From NCBI RefSeq assembly GCF_009914755.1, contig NC_060944.1: 64,000 bases of DNA. One strand, written 5' to 3'. Positions 1 to 22,937 of this stretch are shown piece by piece (positions within the stretch are counted from its first letter, which is position 1; each line of letters begins with the position of its first letter). This stretch comes from the human T2T-CHM13v2.0 reference genome, Homo sapiens. A program made the position numbers and the translations under genes. A model generated the notes under the pieces. That model worked only from the letters and a program-made list of their open reading frames with translations. It ran no database searches and was not told where the DNA came from.

Positions 1-612
1 AATGTTTTCTTATAGTTCATAGTTTACTTTTTAAAATTTGTTAAAGTGTGTTTTATGGCCCCAAATGTGGTCCCTATCTTAGTGAATTTCTATGTGGTGG
101 ACAGAATGTGTATTCTGCTGTCGTTGGGTGAAGTAGTCTATAGATGTCAATTATGTCCAATTAATTGGTGGTGTTGTGTATCACCAACTATGTCTTTACT
201 GACTTTCCGCCTGCTAGGTCTGTCCATTTCTGATAGAGGGGTGTTGAAATCTCCAACTGTATTAGTGGATTTATCTAATTCTTCTTGCAGTTCTATCTGA
301 TTTTGCCTCGTGTAGTTTGATGCTCTGTTGTTATGTGTGTACACATTAAGGATTGTTATGTCTTCTTGGATAACTGTTCCATTTATCATTATGTAATGCC
401 CCTCTTTATCCTTTATAACTTTCCTCGCTTTGAAGTCTGCTCTGTCTGATATTAACATAGCTACTCCTCCTTTATTTTGATTCATGTAAACATGGTATAT
501 CTTTCTCCATTTATTTACTTTTTAATCGGTATGTGTCTTTATATGTGAAATGGGTTTCTTGTAGACAACATGTAGTTGGGTCCTGTTTTTTGATCCACAT
601 GATCATTTCTAT

Positions 613-914
<302 letters not shown>

Positions 915-1287
915 AACATCCAAAGCTCTATCTTTTAATTGATGTATCTGAACCATTGACATTCAATGTAATTAATGATATAATTGGATTACTGTCTGCA
1001 AAATTTGCTTCTGCTTTCTATATGTTGCCCTTGCTCTTTTTCCCTGTTTTTGTCTTCCACTCTTTTTTTTTTTTTCCCCTTTTCTGGTCTTAATTGGGCA
1101 TTTATATGATTTCATTTTTTTCTCCTTTCTTAGCATATTAGTTATACTTCTTTTTTCTTTTTACTTTTTTTAGTGATTGCCTTAGAGTTTGCAATATACA
1201 TTTACAGCTAATTAAAACCTACTTTTAAATAATACTATACCACTTCACCAGTGGTGTGAGTACCTTGTAATAAAATAATCCTAATTC

Positions 1288-1570
1288 TGGCTCATGCCTG
1301 TAATCCCAGCACTTTGAGAGGCTGAGGTGGGTGGATCACCTGAGGTCAGGAGTTCGAGACAAGCCTGGCCAACATGGCAAACCCCATCTCTATTAAAAAT
1401 ACAAAAATCAGCCAGGTGTGGTGGCATGCACCTGTCATTCCAGCTACTGGGGAGGCTGAGGGAAGAGAATCACTTAAACCTGAGAGGTGGAGGTTGCAGC
1501 TAGCCGAGCCCATGCCACAGCACTCCAGCCTGGGCAGCAAAGTGAGACTTCGTCTCAAAAAAAAAAAAAA
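1288..1570 (+). mobile_element. AluS
   Basis: Alu dimer with poly-A; flanking direct repeat atcctaattct. Confidence 0.93.
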
Positions 1571-1721
1571 GGATCCTAATTCTTCCTTCCTGTCCTTTCT
1601 ATCATTGCTGTCATTCCTTATACTTCTATATAAATACATATAAACATACACACACACGAGGTATACACAGAAATCTACATGGTCAAATACAATTGTTGCT
1701 ATTATTTTGAATGAACTGTTA

Positions 1722-2058
<337 letters not shown>

Positions 2059-2179
2059 GGAAAAATAGAAGTTTTCATTTTACTTTTATTTATTCCTTGT
2101 TCAGTGTACTTCCTTTCTTTATGTAGAGCTGACTTTCTAACCTATATTTTTTTCTTTGTCTCTAAACACCTTTTTTAGT

Positions 2180-2552
<373 letters not shown>

Positions 2553-3413
2553 CTACTGACAACAAATTACCCCAATTTTTCTTTGTCTGAGAAAGTCTTT
2601 TTCCTTCACTTTTAAAGGACAATTTTGCAGAATTCTAGGTGTTGGTATTTTCCTCTCACTTTAAATATTTCACTCTACTTTCTTCTTGCTTATGTGGGTT
2701 CAGAGTAGAAGTTGGATGTAATTCTTATCTTTGATCCCTTATAGATAGTTGTTTTTTCCCTCTGGCTTCTTTCAGAATTTTTTCCTTATCTTTTATTTTT
2801 TGTAGCTTGAAAAATGATATGCCTGGTATAGGCTTTTGGTGGATTTTTCTGTCTTTTTGTTTTTTGTTTGGGATTTATCCTGCTTGGTGTTCTCTAAGTT
2901 TCCTAGATCTGTGATTTGGTGTCTGACATTGATTTGGGGAAATTCTCAGTCATTATTGTTTCAAATATTTCTTCTGTTTCTTTTTTCTTTCTAGTGTTCG
3001 CAGTATGCGTATGTGACATCTTTTATAACTGTTCCACAGTTCTTGTATATGCTGTTCTGCTTTTTTCCAGTCTTTGTTCTGGTTAACTAGCTTCTCCTGA
3101 GAGCAAATCTTCTTAAGAAGAGCAGAGTGCTCTGAGGAATTTCAAATTTGTTCTTTCTCCCCACCCCTGCAGGAAGCATGAAGGGGTTTTCTTTACTAAT
3201 ATTCTCTGGTATATATTTACCATGAGAACCTGGTTCTGCTCCTAGAGGTAACACTCACAAAAGTGTGGGGACCCCCCTCCCCTCCCCATGACTCTGGAGT
3301 TTTTAACTCTCAGACTTTTCCACAATCAGCCTCTGGCAAATAATCAATTACAGTTCAGGATTTCCTTCCCTGGCACTGGTTCCAGTGCAGGTTTTTGCCC
3401 CAGTATATTGTGA

Positions 3414-3780
<367 letters not shown>

Positions 3781-3920
3781 TTTTTTTTTTTTTTTTTAAC
3801 AGATCTAAGAAGAGTTGTTGATGTTTCAGTTTGCTCAGCTTTTACCTACTCTGGGATATTTAAAAGAACATCCCAACCTACAAAATGAATAAATCCAATT
3901 TCTTATACATGAAATAATCA

Positions 3921-4222
3921 GACTGGGCACAGTGGCCCACGTCTGTAATCCCAGCACTTTGGGAGGCTGAGGCAGGCAGATCACTTGAGGTCAGGAGTTC
4001 GAGACCATCCTGACCAACTTGGGGAAACCTCGTCTCTACTAAAAATACAAAAATTAGCTGAGCATGGGGGCACTTGCCTGTAATTGCAGCTACTCGGGAG
4101 GCTGAGGCAGGAGAATTGCTTGAACACGGGAGACGAATGTTGCAGTGAGCCGAGATTGCACAACACCACTCCAGCCTGGGCGACAGAGTGAGACTCCATC
4201 TCAAAAAAAAAAAAAAAAAAAA
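3921..4222 (+). mobile_element. AluS
   Basis: Alu dimer with poly-A. Confidence 0.93.
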
Positions 4223-4224
4223 GA

Positions 4225-4910
<686 letters not shown>

Positions 4911-6573
4911 ATGGAAAAAGATATTCCATGCAAATAGTAACCAAAAGAGAGATGAAATGGCTGTACTAATATAACCAAATAGAATGAAGTAAACGACTGC
5001 TGCAGAAGATCAAAGGGGACATTATATAAAGATATAGGGTGAATTCACCAAGGCATAAAACAATGATAAACATGTGCACCAAATATTAGAGCTGCAAAAT
5101 ATTTGAAGGAAACATTGATAGAAGTGAAGGGAGAAATAGTTCTAAAATAATAGTTGGAGGTTTCAACACCACTTTCAATAATGGATAGAACAACCAGAGA
5201 GAATATTAATAAGAAAACAGAGGACTTGAACAAGTAATAAACCAAGTAGAACAAATAAGTCATATTCGAAACACTCCACCCAACAACAGCAGGATAGAAT
5301 TTTTTATCAAGCGTACATGGAACTTTCTCCAGGATACACAATGTGTAGACCACAAAGCAATTCTTAATGAGTTTTAAAAGATTAAAGTCATACAAAATGT
5401 ATTTTCAGATCACAGTAGAATAAAGCTAGAAATCAATAACAGAAGGAAAGCTGGAAATGTAGAAATATATGAAAATTAAACAATACAATTTTAAACAACC
5501 AGTAGATCAAGGAATAAATCACAAGGGAACTTATAAAATACCAAGAAGCAAATGAAAATAAAAGCACAACATACCAAAACTTATGGAATATGGTGAAAGC
5601 AGTGCCAAGAGAGAAATTTATAGCTAAAACCTACATACATTGAAAATGAAGAAAGATCTCAAATCAATAACTTAATTTTACACTTTAAGGAAAAGCAAAT
5701 AAAACACAAATCTAGCAGAAGAAAGGAAATAATAAAGACCAGAACAAAGATAAATAAAATCAAAACTAGAAAAATAAGAGAAAATTAGCAAAACTGAAAG
5801 TTAGCTCTTCAAAAAGATCAATATAATTGACAAATGATTAGCTAAATTGATGAGGTAAAAAAAGAGAGAAGACTCAAATTACTAAAATCAGAAATAAAAG
5901 TATATACATTACTACCAATTTAAAGAAATAAAAGAGAATACTATGAACATTTGTATGTCAAGAAATTAAATAACTAGACAAAATCCTCACATTTCTAGAA
6001 ACACACAATCTACAAAGACTGAATCGTGAAGAAATAGAAAATCTGAGTAAACCTGTAACTAATAAGGAGATTGATTTGGTAATCCAAAATCTCCTAACAA
6101 AGAAATGCCTGGACCACATTTCTTTACTGACTGATTCTACCAAATATTTTAAAGAGAATTAACACCGATCTTTCTCAAACAGTTCTAAAAATTTGAAGAG
6201 AATGGAGTACTTCCTAACTCACTCTATGAGGCCAGCATCAACCTAATACCAAAACCAGAAAACACACTACAAAAAAGGAACAGACAAGTATTCCTTATGA
6301 ATATTGATGTCAAATCCTCAATAAAATAATAGCAAACTGGAATCAGTGGCATTTTTAAAAAGATTATATACCTTTAACAAGTAAAATGTATCCCTAAAAT
6401 ACAAGAATGATTCAATATATGAAGATGAAATGAATACACATTAATAGACCAAAAAAAATGGTCATCTCAATTGATGTAGAAAAAGCATTTGGCAAAATCC
6501 AATCCTCTTTTGTGATAAAAACATTTAACAAAGTAAGAATAGAAGGAAACTACCTCAACATGATAAAAACCAT

Positions 6574-6939
6574 TGCTATGATTTTAACGATGATGTCCCT
6601 TCCCAAATTCATGTTGAAACTTAATCCCCAGTGCAATTATAAGAGGTGTAGCTTTTTGAAGGTGACTAAATCACTAGGGCTCTGTCCACATAAATGAGAT
6701 TGGCATCCTTATAAAAGGGCTGAAGTATGAAGGGAGCACTCTCTTGCCTTTCCACCTTCCAGGATGTGAGGATACAGCAACAGGATGCTATCTTGGAGAG
6801 AGCAGCCCTCACCAGACACCAGTGGTGGTGCTTTGATCTTGGACTTCCTAGCTCCAGAACTGTAAAAAATAAATTTCTATTCTTTATAAAGTGCCCAGTC
6901 TAAGGTATTTTGTTATAGCAGCACAAATGGACTAAGACA
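6574..6939 (+). mobile_element. MaLR solo LTR (MST/MLT1A-like)
   Basis: TG...CA ends (tgctatg...ggactaagaca), AATAAA near the 3' end, flanks accat/gccat. Confidence 0.8.
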
Positions 6940-7037
6940 GCCATATATGGAAAATCTACGACTAACATCACTGGAGAATTATTGAAAACTTTTCCCCTAA
7001 GATCAGCAATAAAACAAGGATACCCACTTTTGGCAAC

Positions 7038-7370
<333 letters not shown>

Positions 7371-7418
7371 TGAAAGTTCTAGCCAGAGCAATTAGGCAAG
7401 GAAAATAAATGAGGCATC

Positions 7419-7759
<341 letters not shown>

Positions 7760-7836
7760 TTACTTGATCTTATATGTAGAAAACTCTAAAGATTGGTTTC
7801 ATTAAAAGAAACTTTTAGAGCTAAACAACCCATTCA

Positions 7837-8429
<593 letters not shown>

Positions 8430-8726
8430 CTACTTACAACAACATCAAAAATAATAGAATATTTAGAAATTAACACAGGAAGCAAAAGACTTTACGTAGA
8501 AAACTATACAACGTTTCTGAAAGAAATTTGAAAAGACATTATTAAATGTAAAGTCATCTCTAATTAAAGACTTAATATTGACAACATGACGATATCATCC
8601 AAAGCTATCTACATTCTGCATAATCTCCATCTCCATCAAAATCCAACATGATTGTTTTTCATAAAAAGAAAACCCATTATAAAATCGATAAGGAATATCA
8701 AGTGACCCTTAATTGCCAAAACAATC

Positions 8727-9018
8727 TTTTTTTTTTTTTTTTAAGATGGAGTCTCGCTCTGTCACCCAGGCTGGAGTGCAGTAGCGCAATCTTGGCTCAC
8801 TGCAAGCTCCGCCTCCTGGGTTCAAGTGATTCTCATGCCTCAGCCTCCTGGGTAACTGGGACTACAGGCATGCACCACCATGCCCAGCTAATTTTTGTAG
8901 TTTTAGTAGAGACAGACCATGTTGATCAGGCTGGTCTCGAACTCCTGACCTCAAGTGGTCCACCTGCCTCAGCCTCCCAAAGTGCTGGGATTACAGGAGT
9001 CCGCCATCACGCCCAGCC
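8727..9018 (-). mobile_element. AluS
   Basis: Reverse Alu; TSD ccaaaacaatctt. Confidence 0.92.
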
Positions 9019-9424
9019 TCCAAAACAATCTTAAAAAGAACAAAGTTGGAGGATTCATGCTTTTTTGTTGCAAAACTTACTACAAAGCTGTCGTAATCAA
9101 AACAGTGTGGTTCTGACTGGCAATAAGGACAGACATATAGGCCATTACAAGACAATAAAGTGTAGAAATAAACCTATACATGATTAATTGATTTTCAACA
9201 AGGGTGCTAAGATCATTCAATTGGGAAAGGACAGTCTTTTCAAATTTTCAGGGAGAAAATTGTATATCTAAATGCAAAAGAATGAAGTTGGACCTTACCT
9301 TATACAATACACACAAATTAACTCAAAGTGGATCAAAGACCTAAACAAAGAGTTAAAGCTACAAAACTGTTAGAAGAAAACACAGGGAAAAAGCCTCATG
9401 GCATTCAATTTAACAATAATTTCT

Positions 9425-12690
<3,266 letters not shown>

Positions 12691-12940
12691 AACAATAATT
12701 TCTTCAGTATGACACCAAAAGCACAGACAATAAAAGGAAAAAACAAATAAATTGGACTTTATCAAAATTAAAACCTTTTGTATACATAAGGATTCTATCA
12801 GTAGAGTGAAAATGCAACCTATGGTATGGGAAAAAATATTTGCAAGTCATATATCTGATAAGAGGTTAATATCCAGAATATATAAAGAATGCCTACAACT
12901 TAACAACAAAAAATCAAGCAATTCAATTTAAAAAACAAAA

Positions 12941-13235
12941 GGCTGGGTGTGGTGGCTCACACCTGTAATCCCAGGACTTTGGGAGGCCGAGGTGGGCAGA
13001 TCACCTGAGGTCGGGAGTTTGAGACCAGCCTGACCAACATGGAGAAACCCCGTCTCTACTAAAAACACAAAATTAGCTGGGTGTGGTGGCACATGCCTGT
13101 AATCCCAGCTACTTGGGAGGCTGAGGCAGGAGAATCACTTGAACCCCAGGAGACGGAGGTTGCAGTGAGCCAAGATTGTGCCATTGCACTCCAGCCTGGG
13201 CAACAACAACAAAACTCCGCCTCAAAACAAAAAGC
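12941..13235 (+). mobile_element. AluSp-like
   Basis: Alu dimer with gtcgggag / atggagaaacc diagnostics. Confidence 0.9.
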
Positions 13236-13423
13236 AAAAGACTCAAACTTTCTGTAACTAAGATATATGAATAGCCAATAAGCAAATGAAAAGATGTTCA
13301 ATATCCACTAACCATTAGGGAAATGCAAATAAAAACCTCAATGTGATACCATTTCACACTTGTTGGGATAACTACTATTAGACAAACAAGAAGATGAAAG
13401 AAAAAGAAAATAGCGTTGGCAAG

Positions 13424-13838
13424 TGTATTAGTCTGTTCTTGCACTGCTATAAATAAATACCTGAGACTGGGTAATTTATGAAGAAAAGAGGTTTAATTGA
13501 CTCATGGTTCTGCGGGCTGTACAGGAAGCATAGCAGCATCTGCTTCTGGGGAGGCCTCAGGAAACTCACAATCATGACAGAAGGTGAAGGGGAAGCAAGC
13601 ATGTCTTTCATGGCTGGAGCAGGAGGAAGAGAGGAAGTGGGGTGGTGCTACACACTTTTAAACAACCAGATCTCATGAGAACTTACTCACTATACAGTAC
13701 CAAGTGGGGATGGTGCTGAGCCATTGATGAGAACTCCACCCCAATAATCCAGTCACCTCCCACCAAGCCCCACCTCCAACACTGGGGATTACAATTAGAC
13801 ATGAGATTTGGGCAGGGACACAGACCTAAACCATATCA
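13424..13838 (-). mobile_element. MST-type MaLR solo LTR
   Basis: tgtattagtc...aaaccatatca; flanks gcaag/tcaag. Confidence 0.85.
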
Positions 13839-13974
13839 TCAAGGATATCTAGAAATTAGAACCCTTGTGCCTTGCTGGTGGGAATGTAAAATGATACACC
13901 CTCTGTGGAAAACAGGAGGGCAGTTCCTTAAAAAGTTAGATATGGAATTTCCTTATGATCTAGCAATTCCACTC

Positions 13975-14790
<816 letters not shown>

Positions 14791-16102
14791 TCTGAAAAAA
14801 TTGAAAGCAAGGATCAGAATCAGGCACACCAACATTCACAGCAGCATTATTCACAATTGCCAAAAGGTAGAAACATCTCAAATGTCCATCAGCAGATGAA
14901 TGGATGAACAAAATGTTGTATATACATACAATGGAATATTATTAAGCCTTAAAGAGGAAGGAAGTTCTGACATGTGCTACAACATAAATGAACCTCAAAG
15001 GCATTATTGCTAAGTGAAATAAGTCACACACAAAAGGACAAATATTGCATAATTCCACTTATACGAGGCATCTAACATAGGCAAATTCACAGAGGCAGAA
15101 AGTAGAATAGCGCTTACCAGGGGCTAGAGGGAGGGGAAATAGGGAGTTACGTTTTAATGGACACAGTTTCTGTTTGGATAGATGAAAAAGTTATGGAGAT
15201 GAATAGTGATGCTGGTTGCACAACAGTGCAGGTGTACTTAATGCCCCTGAGTTGTACGCTTAAACATGGTTTACCTAGTAAATTTTATGCTATGTGTATT
15301 TTACACAACTTTAAAAAGATGAACTATGAGTTAAAAGCATTGGGTAAATAAGTAGAATTTCAAAAAAGCATTTAAAAAATTGTTTCCAAGTGTACTTTTC
15401 CAGAGTAGACTAGATACCATTGAAGTAAGAGAGACCCATCGATTAGAAAAGAGATAGGAAGGCAAATGAAATTAAAATGACCAGAGTTTAAAAAGGATTA
15501 GACAGAAAGTAATAAATGTGACAGGCAGGCACAGGAGATCCAATAGGCACATAATTCATGTCCCTGAAGGAGAAATTTGAATAGAACAGAAAATGTATTT
15601 ACAGATGTAATTTAAAAAATTTTCCAGAGTTAAAAGTATGAATCTAAAAATTGAATGGGTACCTTGTGTCCAAGGAAAATAGACTCAAAAATATATTCTT
15701 GTAAAGTTATTGGACTTCAAAGATAAAGAAAGTATGCTTTAAGCAACTATGCAAAGTAATTAACTAAAAGGAGAAAATTAGACCGGCCTCCAAGTTGCCA
15801 CAGCTATATTTGATATTTGAGGACAGATGGGTAAAGTCTATATAGTCTTCATGCAAAGAAAGTGTGACCCAAGAAATTTTTACTCAGCTGAACTGTACTT
15901 CAGGGACAAAGACAACACAAACATGTTTTTTTAATGTGCAAGAATTCAGGAAATATAGTTTCTACAACACTTTTTAAAAGATTCTAATAGAGGGTAGATG
16001 GAGAAAAGACACAGAAAGGACTGGTGATGACCATCAAATCCATTTAAAGATGCAACTAAGATGAAAACAAGCATGGCAATTATGGTTAAAGAACAAAATG
16101 TA

Positions 16103-16904
<802 letters not shown>

Positions 16905-17092
16905 GCTGGTTTCCTGAATGTTTAGAGCTGGTGACCAGAATATATTATTTAAAGATGGTAAATCAAGCACAGAGGTCTAAATATATTTAAAGGCATAAAG
17001 GTAAAGCTTAAAAACAATCTAATCCCTAAGTTGGGCGGTATGAAGAGAGGATATATGCTGATTCCATCATGTTTATGGAAAGGAGTGAAAAA

Positions 17093-17425
17093 GGCCGGGC
17101 ACGGTGGTTCGCACATGTAATCCATGCACTTTGGGAGGCTGAGGCAGGTGGATCACTTGAGGTCAGGAGTTCAAGACCAGCCTGGCCAACATGGTGAAAC
17201 CCTCTATCTGCTAAAAATACAAAAATTAGCCGGGCTTGGTGGCATGCACCTGCACTTCCAGCTACTCGGGAGGTTGAGGTGGGATAATCACTTGAATCCA
17301 GGAGGCAGAAGTTGCAGTGAGCCAAGATCGTGCCACTGCACTCCAGCCTGGATGAGTGAGATCCTGTCTCAAAAAAGAAAGAAAAGAAAAGAAGGAAGGA
17401 AAGGAAAGAAAGGAAAGAAAGAAAG
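17093..17425 (+). mobile_element. AluS with (GAAA/GGAA) tail
   Basis: Alu dimer plus purine-rich simple repeat. Confidence 0.9.
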
Positions 17426-17429
17426 GAGT

Positions 17430-18370
17430 TAAAAAAATACTCTCAGGAAGATCCTAGGAAAAAGTGCAAACCATGACAAGAGCATCTAACTGTATTGCAA
17501 ACATATGAAACGATATCACTGAAGGGGTGGAGGGCAAAGGTGCTGATTTGGTAACTTTGGAGTAAATGAGGTCTATAAAGCCAAAAGCAATAGGAACTGC
17601 AAAAAAGCATGGTACTCTAGTAGGTAAAGTTGTTTCCCACAAAAAAAAAAATGACATATAATTATGAGGTAAACAATTCTGAAACTGCTATACATGTATA
17701 CTGGAATCAAGCAATTGCGCAAGTGGATGGTGGAAAATGGGAGCCTGAATTCTCACTGATGGAGTAGGAATTTACCAATAAAAAAAGGAGGTTAGAATAA
17801 TCCATCTGGTAATGGACTAGAGTTGGAGACATCAGCAATATCTCACATTTTAGTCAATATAGATTCAGGTGATTACATATAGAAATATTTGCAGATATGT
17901 AACATACACAGATAAGTATACACACATATATTTATGTGCTTTGTCAGCTGAGAGGGCCCAAAAGAAACAAAGCCCCAGTAGCAATAAGCATGCCAGGACC
18001 TATATCTTGGATTCCAATATTATTCTACAATAAAAAGAACCTTGGATTGTTGGAGAAATGGCAGATTCTGAGACTTGGGCAGGAAATATACAAGATTAGC
18101 TCAGAATATTGTGCAGTGTCAGAAAATAGACAAGTGCTAAACAAGAAAAACACACATTGATGAGGGTCCGTCAGAGAAGCAGAGGAGCTGAAAGATCTCC
18201 CAACGGCCAAAGCGGGAGCCATCTGAGCAACAAAATAAAGTAATATTGGATTATAACCCAAAGTATAAAATAAATACCCACCAGTCCACACTGATAGAAA
18301 CAAATGATTGAATCAGTTACTAAATGGGAGAGAAGAGACAAACCTGTGCAGAATTTCAGATTACTTATAT
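17430..18370 (+). mobile_element. Ancient L1MC-like 3' region
   Basis: Resembles recalled L1MC 3' sequence; highly diverged. Confidence 0.5.
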
Positions 18371-19897
18371 AGATACTGCATTGAATTCATGGTGATTAAT
18401 TCCAGTACCAGAAGAAAAACTGGCTGTTTTGGAGTTCCTGAGAAAATATCTATTTTCTTCAACATGTCACCTTCCTAAAATGTTTTCAAGGGTAGTTTTA
18501 ACTGTTTTTGACTTTTTCCTTATGTGCTGACTTCAGAGCCTCAGCCTGAAGAAGGTGGGATTTCGTGGCCTTGTCTGCCTATAGAGCCCACTACAGGGCC
18601 ATACACAAGGCAAGCCTTCTTGCTTGCATTTAAAATAGTCATAATGGTGCTTTATGCGGTGCCATGTGGTGTGATGTTTCTGTAATCATTTAGTGCTGAG
18701 ACTGATAAATTTATCAGTCACTGGTGCCAGTTCAGCTGACACCCTCCACCTTCTTCCCAAACAAACCTCCTCCTTCCCACCTCCTCCTTCTCTCTCAGCC
18801 CCAATGATGACAAGCTTCTGATCATTGCCTGAAGCCTCTGCCTTGACCTATTGCATTCATGCCCACCATCAAGCCCAGTTTAAACCCGTGCCTCCTACTG
18901 ATACCTCCTGCTAGGGTACTAGTGATTTACTATTCTTTAAGACAGAAGTGACCCGAAACCCAGCTCTCCCAGGATAGCTGCCAGGACCTGGCCATGATTC
19001 AAGCCCAAATAACATAAGCCAAATTACACACTCAGTGAGGAAGGCATTTTTTTCAAGTCCCCACCCTTGTGTGAGTGAAGGTGGAACAAAGATTGTGTGA
19101 CCATGTTGTTCAAACACAGGAAAATGACTGCATTCCCTCCCCTTAGTTTTCATTTGTTGATTCTTCTCCAAGCCCTGACTTCCAACTGTACTTCTTTTTT
19201 GATGCTGCCTCTTGCTTAGAGGATTCTGAAGGGAAGGACAGGGTAGTATGCTGTTCTAAAGAGTATGGGACTTTATCCTGTAGGCATGGGGAGCCACTGA
19301 GCGGTTTTTAAGGTGGTCAGCTTCCTATTTTTGTCTTTGGAGGTAAGTTCACTCTGAAGGCCAGCCAATGGCAGGGCAAGGCACCCACTGTCCTCTCCAG
19401 GAAAGCAGTGGCCATTCTGGGCACACCTAAGTCAATCCAAAGCTGAGAGGGGCAGGAACTGATGTGATCTTAGGATGCCGAGACACTAGAATATAGCCAG
19501 ATACACAAGGTTCAGATGTTCTGGCCTTACAAGCAAATTGTATTAAATCAGCCATGCTTCCTAAGCTTCGTCCCACCTTGGTAAACATAAAAAATAAGGA
19601 TATCTGTACAACTCACTGGGATCAACTTGCGTGAGCTTGGATAATTCTAAAAGGAGCTTCATGGATAGTAATTATTTACATTTCCTTTATATGGTACTCT
19701 TATAAAAAAGAAAAAGAAAAACAAAAAAATAAATGACATATAATTATGAGAAGAAAAATAAAAGCAAATCTTGGGGTAGATTTAAATATCAACTTTGGGT
19801 AAAATTTCCTGATAACATTCTTCTTGGAGTCTCTTTTAAATATCAAGTTTTGTGTTAAAAATAGTTCCTGATCATTGCTCCTGCACATAGTTCTTGA

Positions 19898-20560
<663 letters not shown>

Positions 20561-20835
20561 AAAAAGCTATTTGATACAAGAAGTGATGATAAAATGTAAA
20601 GCCATCGGCTATGAACCAATGGGAAAAAAAAGAAAAAAACACACAATAAAAAATCAAAAGGAAATAAAGACAATAAAAGAAACAAAAAAGAGCCATTTTT
20701 TTTCTGTTCGTATAGTTATGTAAGATTTTGTATAGAAGTGTATCATGCATGTATGTGTGACCACACAGCCTTGGTGTGCCACTGGACCAATTTTCACAAA
20801 CACCCAGTACCAGCACCCAGTACTAGAGTTCTAGA

Positions 20836-21062
20836 TCAGCCTAGCCAACATGGTGAAACCCCATCTCTACTAAAAATACAAAAATTAGTGCAGCCTGGTG
20901 GCTCAGGCCTGTAACCCCAACTACTCCAGAGGCTGAGATACAAGAATCGCTTGAATCTGGGAGGCAAAGGTTGCAGTGAGATCACGCCACAGCACTCCAG
21001 CCTGGGCGACGGAGTGAGACCCTGTCTCAATTAAAAAGAAGAAAAGAAAAGAAAAAGAAAAA
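20836..21062 (+). mobile_element. 5'-truncated Alu
   Basis: Starts mid left arm; A/GAAAA tail. Confidence 0.88.
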
Positions 21063-22021
21063 AATAGTTGCTTCTCAGTTTGATGATATGCAGTCACTCT
21101 CACAAATCAGTAATTTATGCGACAATAATCACGGAAAATATACTGCTTAGGCTTATAAATATTTAAACAGATAAACATACTTTTTTTTTTTTGCAAGACC
21201 TCCCTCAGTCCCCCAACCCACTTTTTTATTTGACACAGTTAATAATAAATGATTTCTTAAAAGTAGAATACTTTTTTTTTTGCTTCTAGTATCCTGAAAA
21301 TAAAGAAAAGAGTACATTTCAAGAAAACAAGTTGAAAAATTAGTCACAATAAAATGAAAGGCGATTGATCTAATTCCCTGATGTACACTCTAAGGACATA
21401 CAGCTCTGTTGAAGGCTCACTGATTTACAGGGGAAAATATCTAGGATATACCACGAATAAAAAGAAGTCTAATATAATTTTTAAAGAGAAATATGCAAAT
21501 ACACCCTGAACTGAATTTCTTCTCAAAGTTCATTACAGCAAGAACTCCATTTTCCAATTCAGTGGTACATTCTCTCTAGGCTGCAAAAAATGCTGTGGAC
21601 AAAATGACATTTGGAAAAGGTATCTTTAAAGATACCTTTAAGAGCAATAGTCCCCTTATGCCATTTACGCTCACATAAGAGACTGGAATAGCAAAGCACT
21701 ATGAACAGTAATGAATGTTGTAAAACTCCCTGGTGAGGCTTAATCAATACTGCCTATAGCCGTGTCCACCGGAAGAAGCTCGTTCTCTGTGAATTCTAGT
21801 GGGAAAGAATGATTGAATGATGAACACGTTTTCACTGGTTGCTCTATCAGATACTTAAAAGTTTCTGGGAGGCCTTGCCTTTTTTACCCGAGGAAGAAGT
21901 GAAAATGCGTCTTGCACAATTGCTTAACTATTCCCAACGCAAGACTTCTTTATATCATTTATTTCCCTTGTATTACTGGCGCGGAAACTTGGGTGTAAAA
22001 GTGATCACAAAGATTACATGG

Positions 22022-22188
22022 GGCCAGGCGCGGTGGCTCACGCCTGTAATCCTCTCGGGAGGCTGAGGCAGGAGAATCGCTTGAATCCGGTAAGGTTGCA
22101 GTGAGCCGAGATCGCGCCACTGCACTCCAGCCTGGGCGATAGACAGAGACTCTGTATCAAAATAATAATAATAATAATAATAATAATC
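22022..22188 (+). mobile_element. Internally deleted (monomer-length) Alu with (AAT)n tail
   Basis: Left-arm start ggccaggcgcggtggctcacgcctgtaatcc joined directly to right-arm ctcgggaggctgaggcaggagaatcg. Confidence 0.9.
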
Positions 22189-22825
22189 CAAGCCTGACCA
22201 GTCGCCCCACAGCGTCAAGGTGAAACCAGGTGACCGCGACTACAGCGTTTAATAATGGGTCCTCAGGCAAAAACTCCACGGATGGGAACCCCGCGCCTCT
22301 GAAGCTGCCTAACGAGGCGGTCTCCTGGTGGCGCCTGCCCCGCCAAAGGAGCAATGAGGGGGCTGCGTTTAGGCGAAGCCGGTATTGGGCGAAGCTTCTG
22401 GATCAGTCAGGGGCTCAGAAGGGACGTCTGTGGGAGAGGGGTCAGCACGGTATCCAGACCCCGCCCGGGGTGAGGTTGGTACTGAACTGACTGAGGGGCA
22501 TGGAACCCCCACCCTCCACCCTGGTAAGGTGCCGGGGCCAGTTTGGGCCGGGACTCCTAGAATTTGAATCGGGGGTGGTCTAACGCTGTCGCCTGCGGGG
22601 TGTGCAGGAGGCCCCTAGTGAAGCCAAGAGTTCGTAGAGCCTGGGCGCCGCTCTATGCTCGGCTCTCGATTGCTCACGCCTGGCAGCGGCGAGCGGCGCA
22701 CGCGACGGCTGGGGCTCTGCGCTCGAGGGGTCGAGCCTGGGCAGTACAGGCGGCGGTGCGCACTCTGCGGCGGCCTCTGCGCCTCGGGCGGGCGGGAGAG
22801 AGAGGCCGCGGCCGCCAGCGTGGGG

Positions 22826-22921
22826 ATGTCTAGGAGCTCGAAGGTGGTGCTGGGCCTCTCGGTGCTGCTGACGGCGGCCACAGTGGCCGGCGTACATGTG
22901 AAGCAGCAGTGGGACCAGCAG
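22826..22921 (+). CDS. PET117: PET117 coding exon 1 (aa 1-32, hydrophobic N-terminal segment)
   Basis: gggATGt; MSRSSKVVLGLSVLLTAATVAGVHVKQQWDQQ; donor CAG|gtcggt at 22922, phase 0. Confidence 0.95.
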
Positions 22922-22927
22922 GTCGGT

Positions 22928-22937
22928 GTCACGTGAC
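22928..22937. promoter_or_regulatory. Palindromic E-box GTCACGTGAC (USF / MiT-TFE CLEAR type)
   Basis: Perfect 10-bp palindrome within the CpG island; ETS-like core CTTCCGG at 22943-22949. Confidence 0.6.

Noticed and set aside
22655-22825. In-frame upstream ATG that would add 57 aa to PET117
   Set aside because: Poor context (tctATGc) and probably upstream of the main start sites; the product I recognise begins MSRSS. Not excluded without CAGE data.
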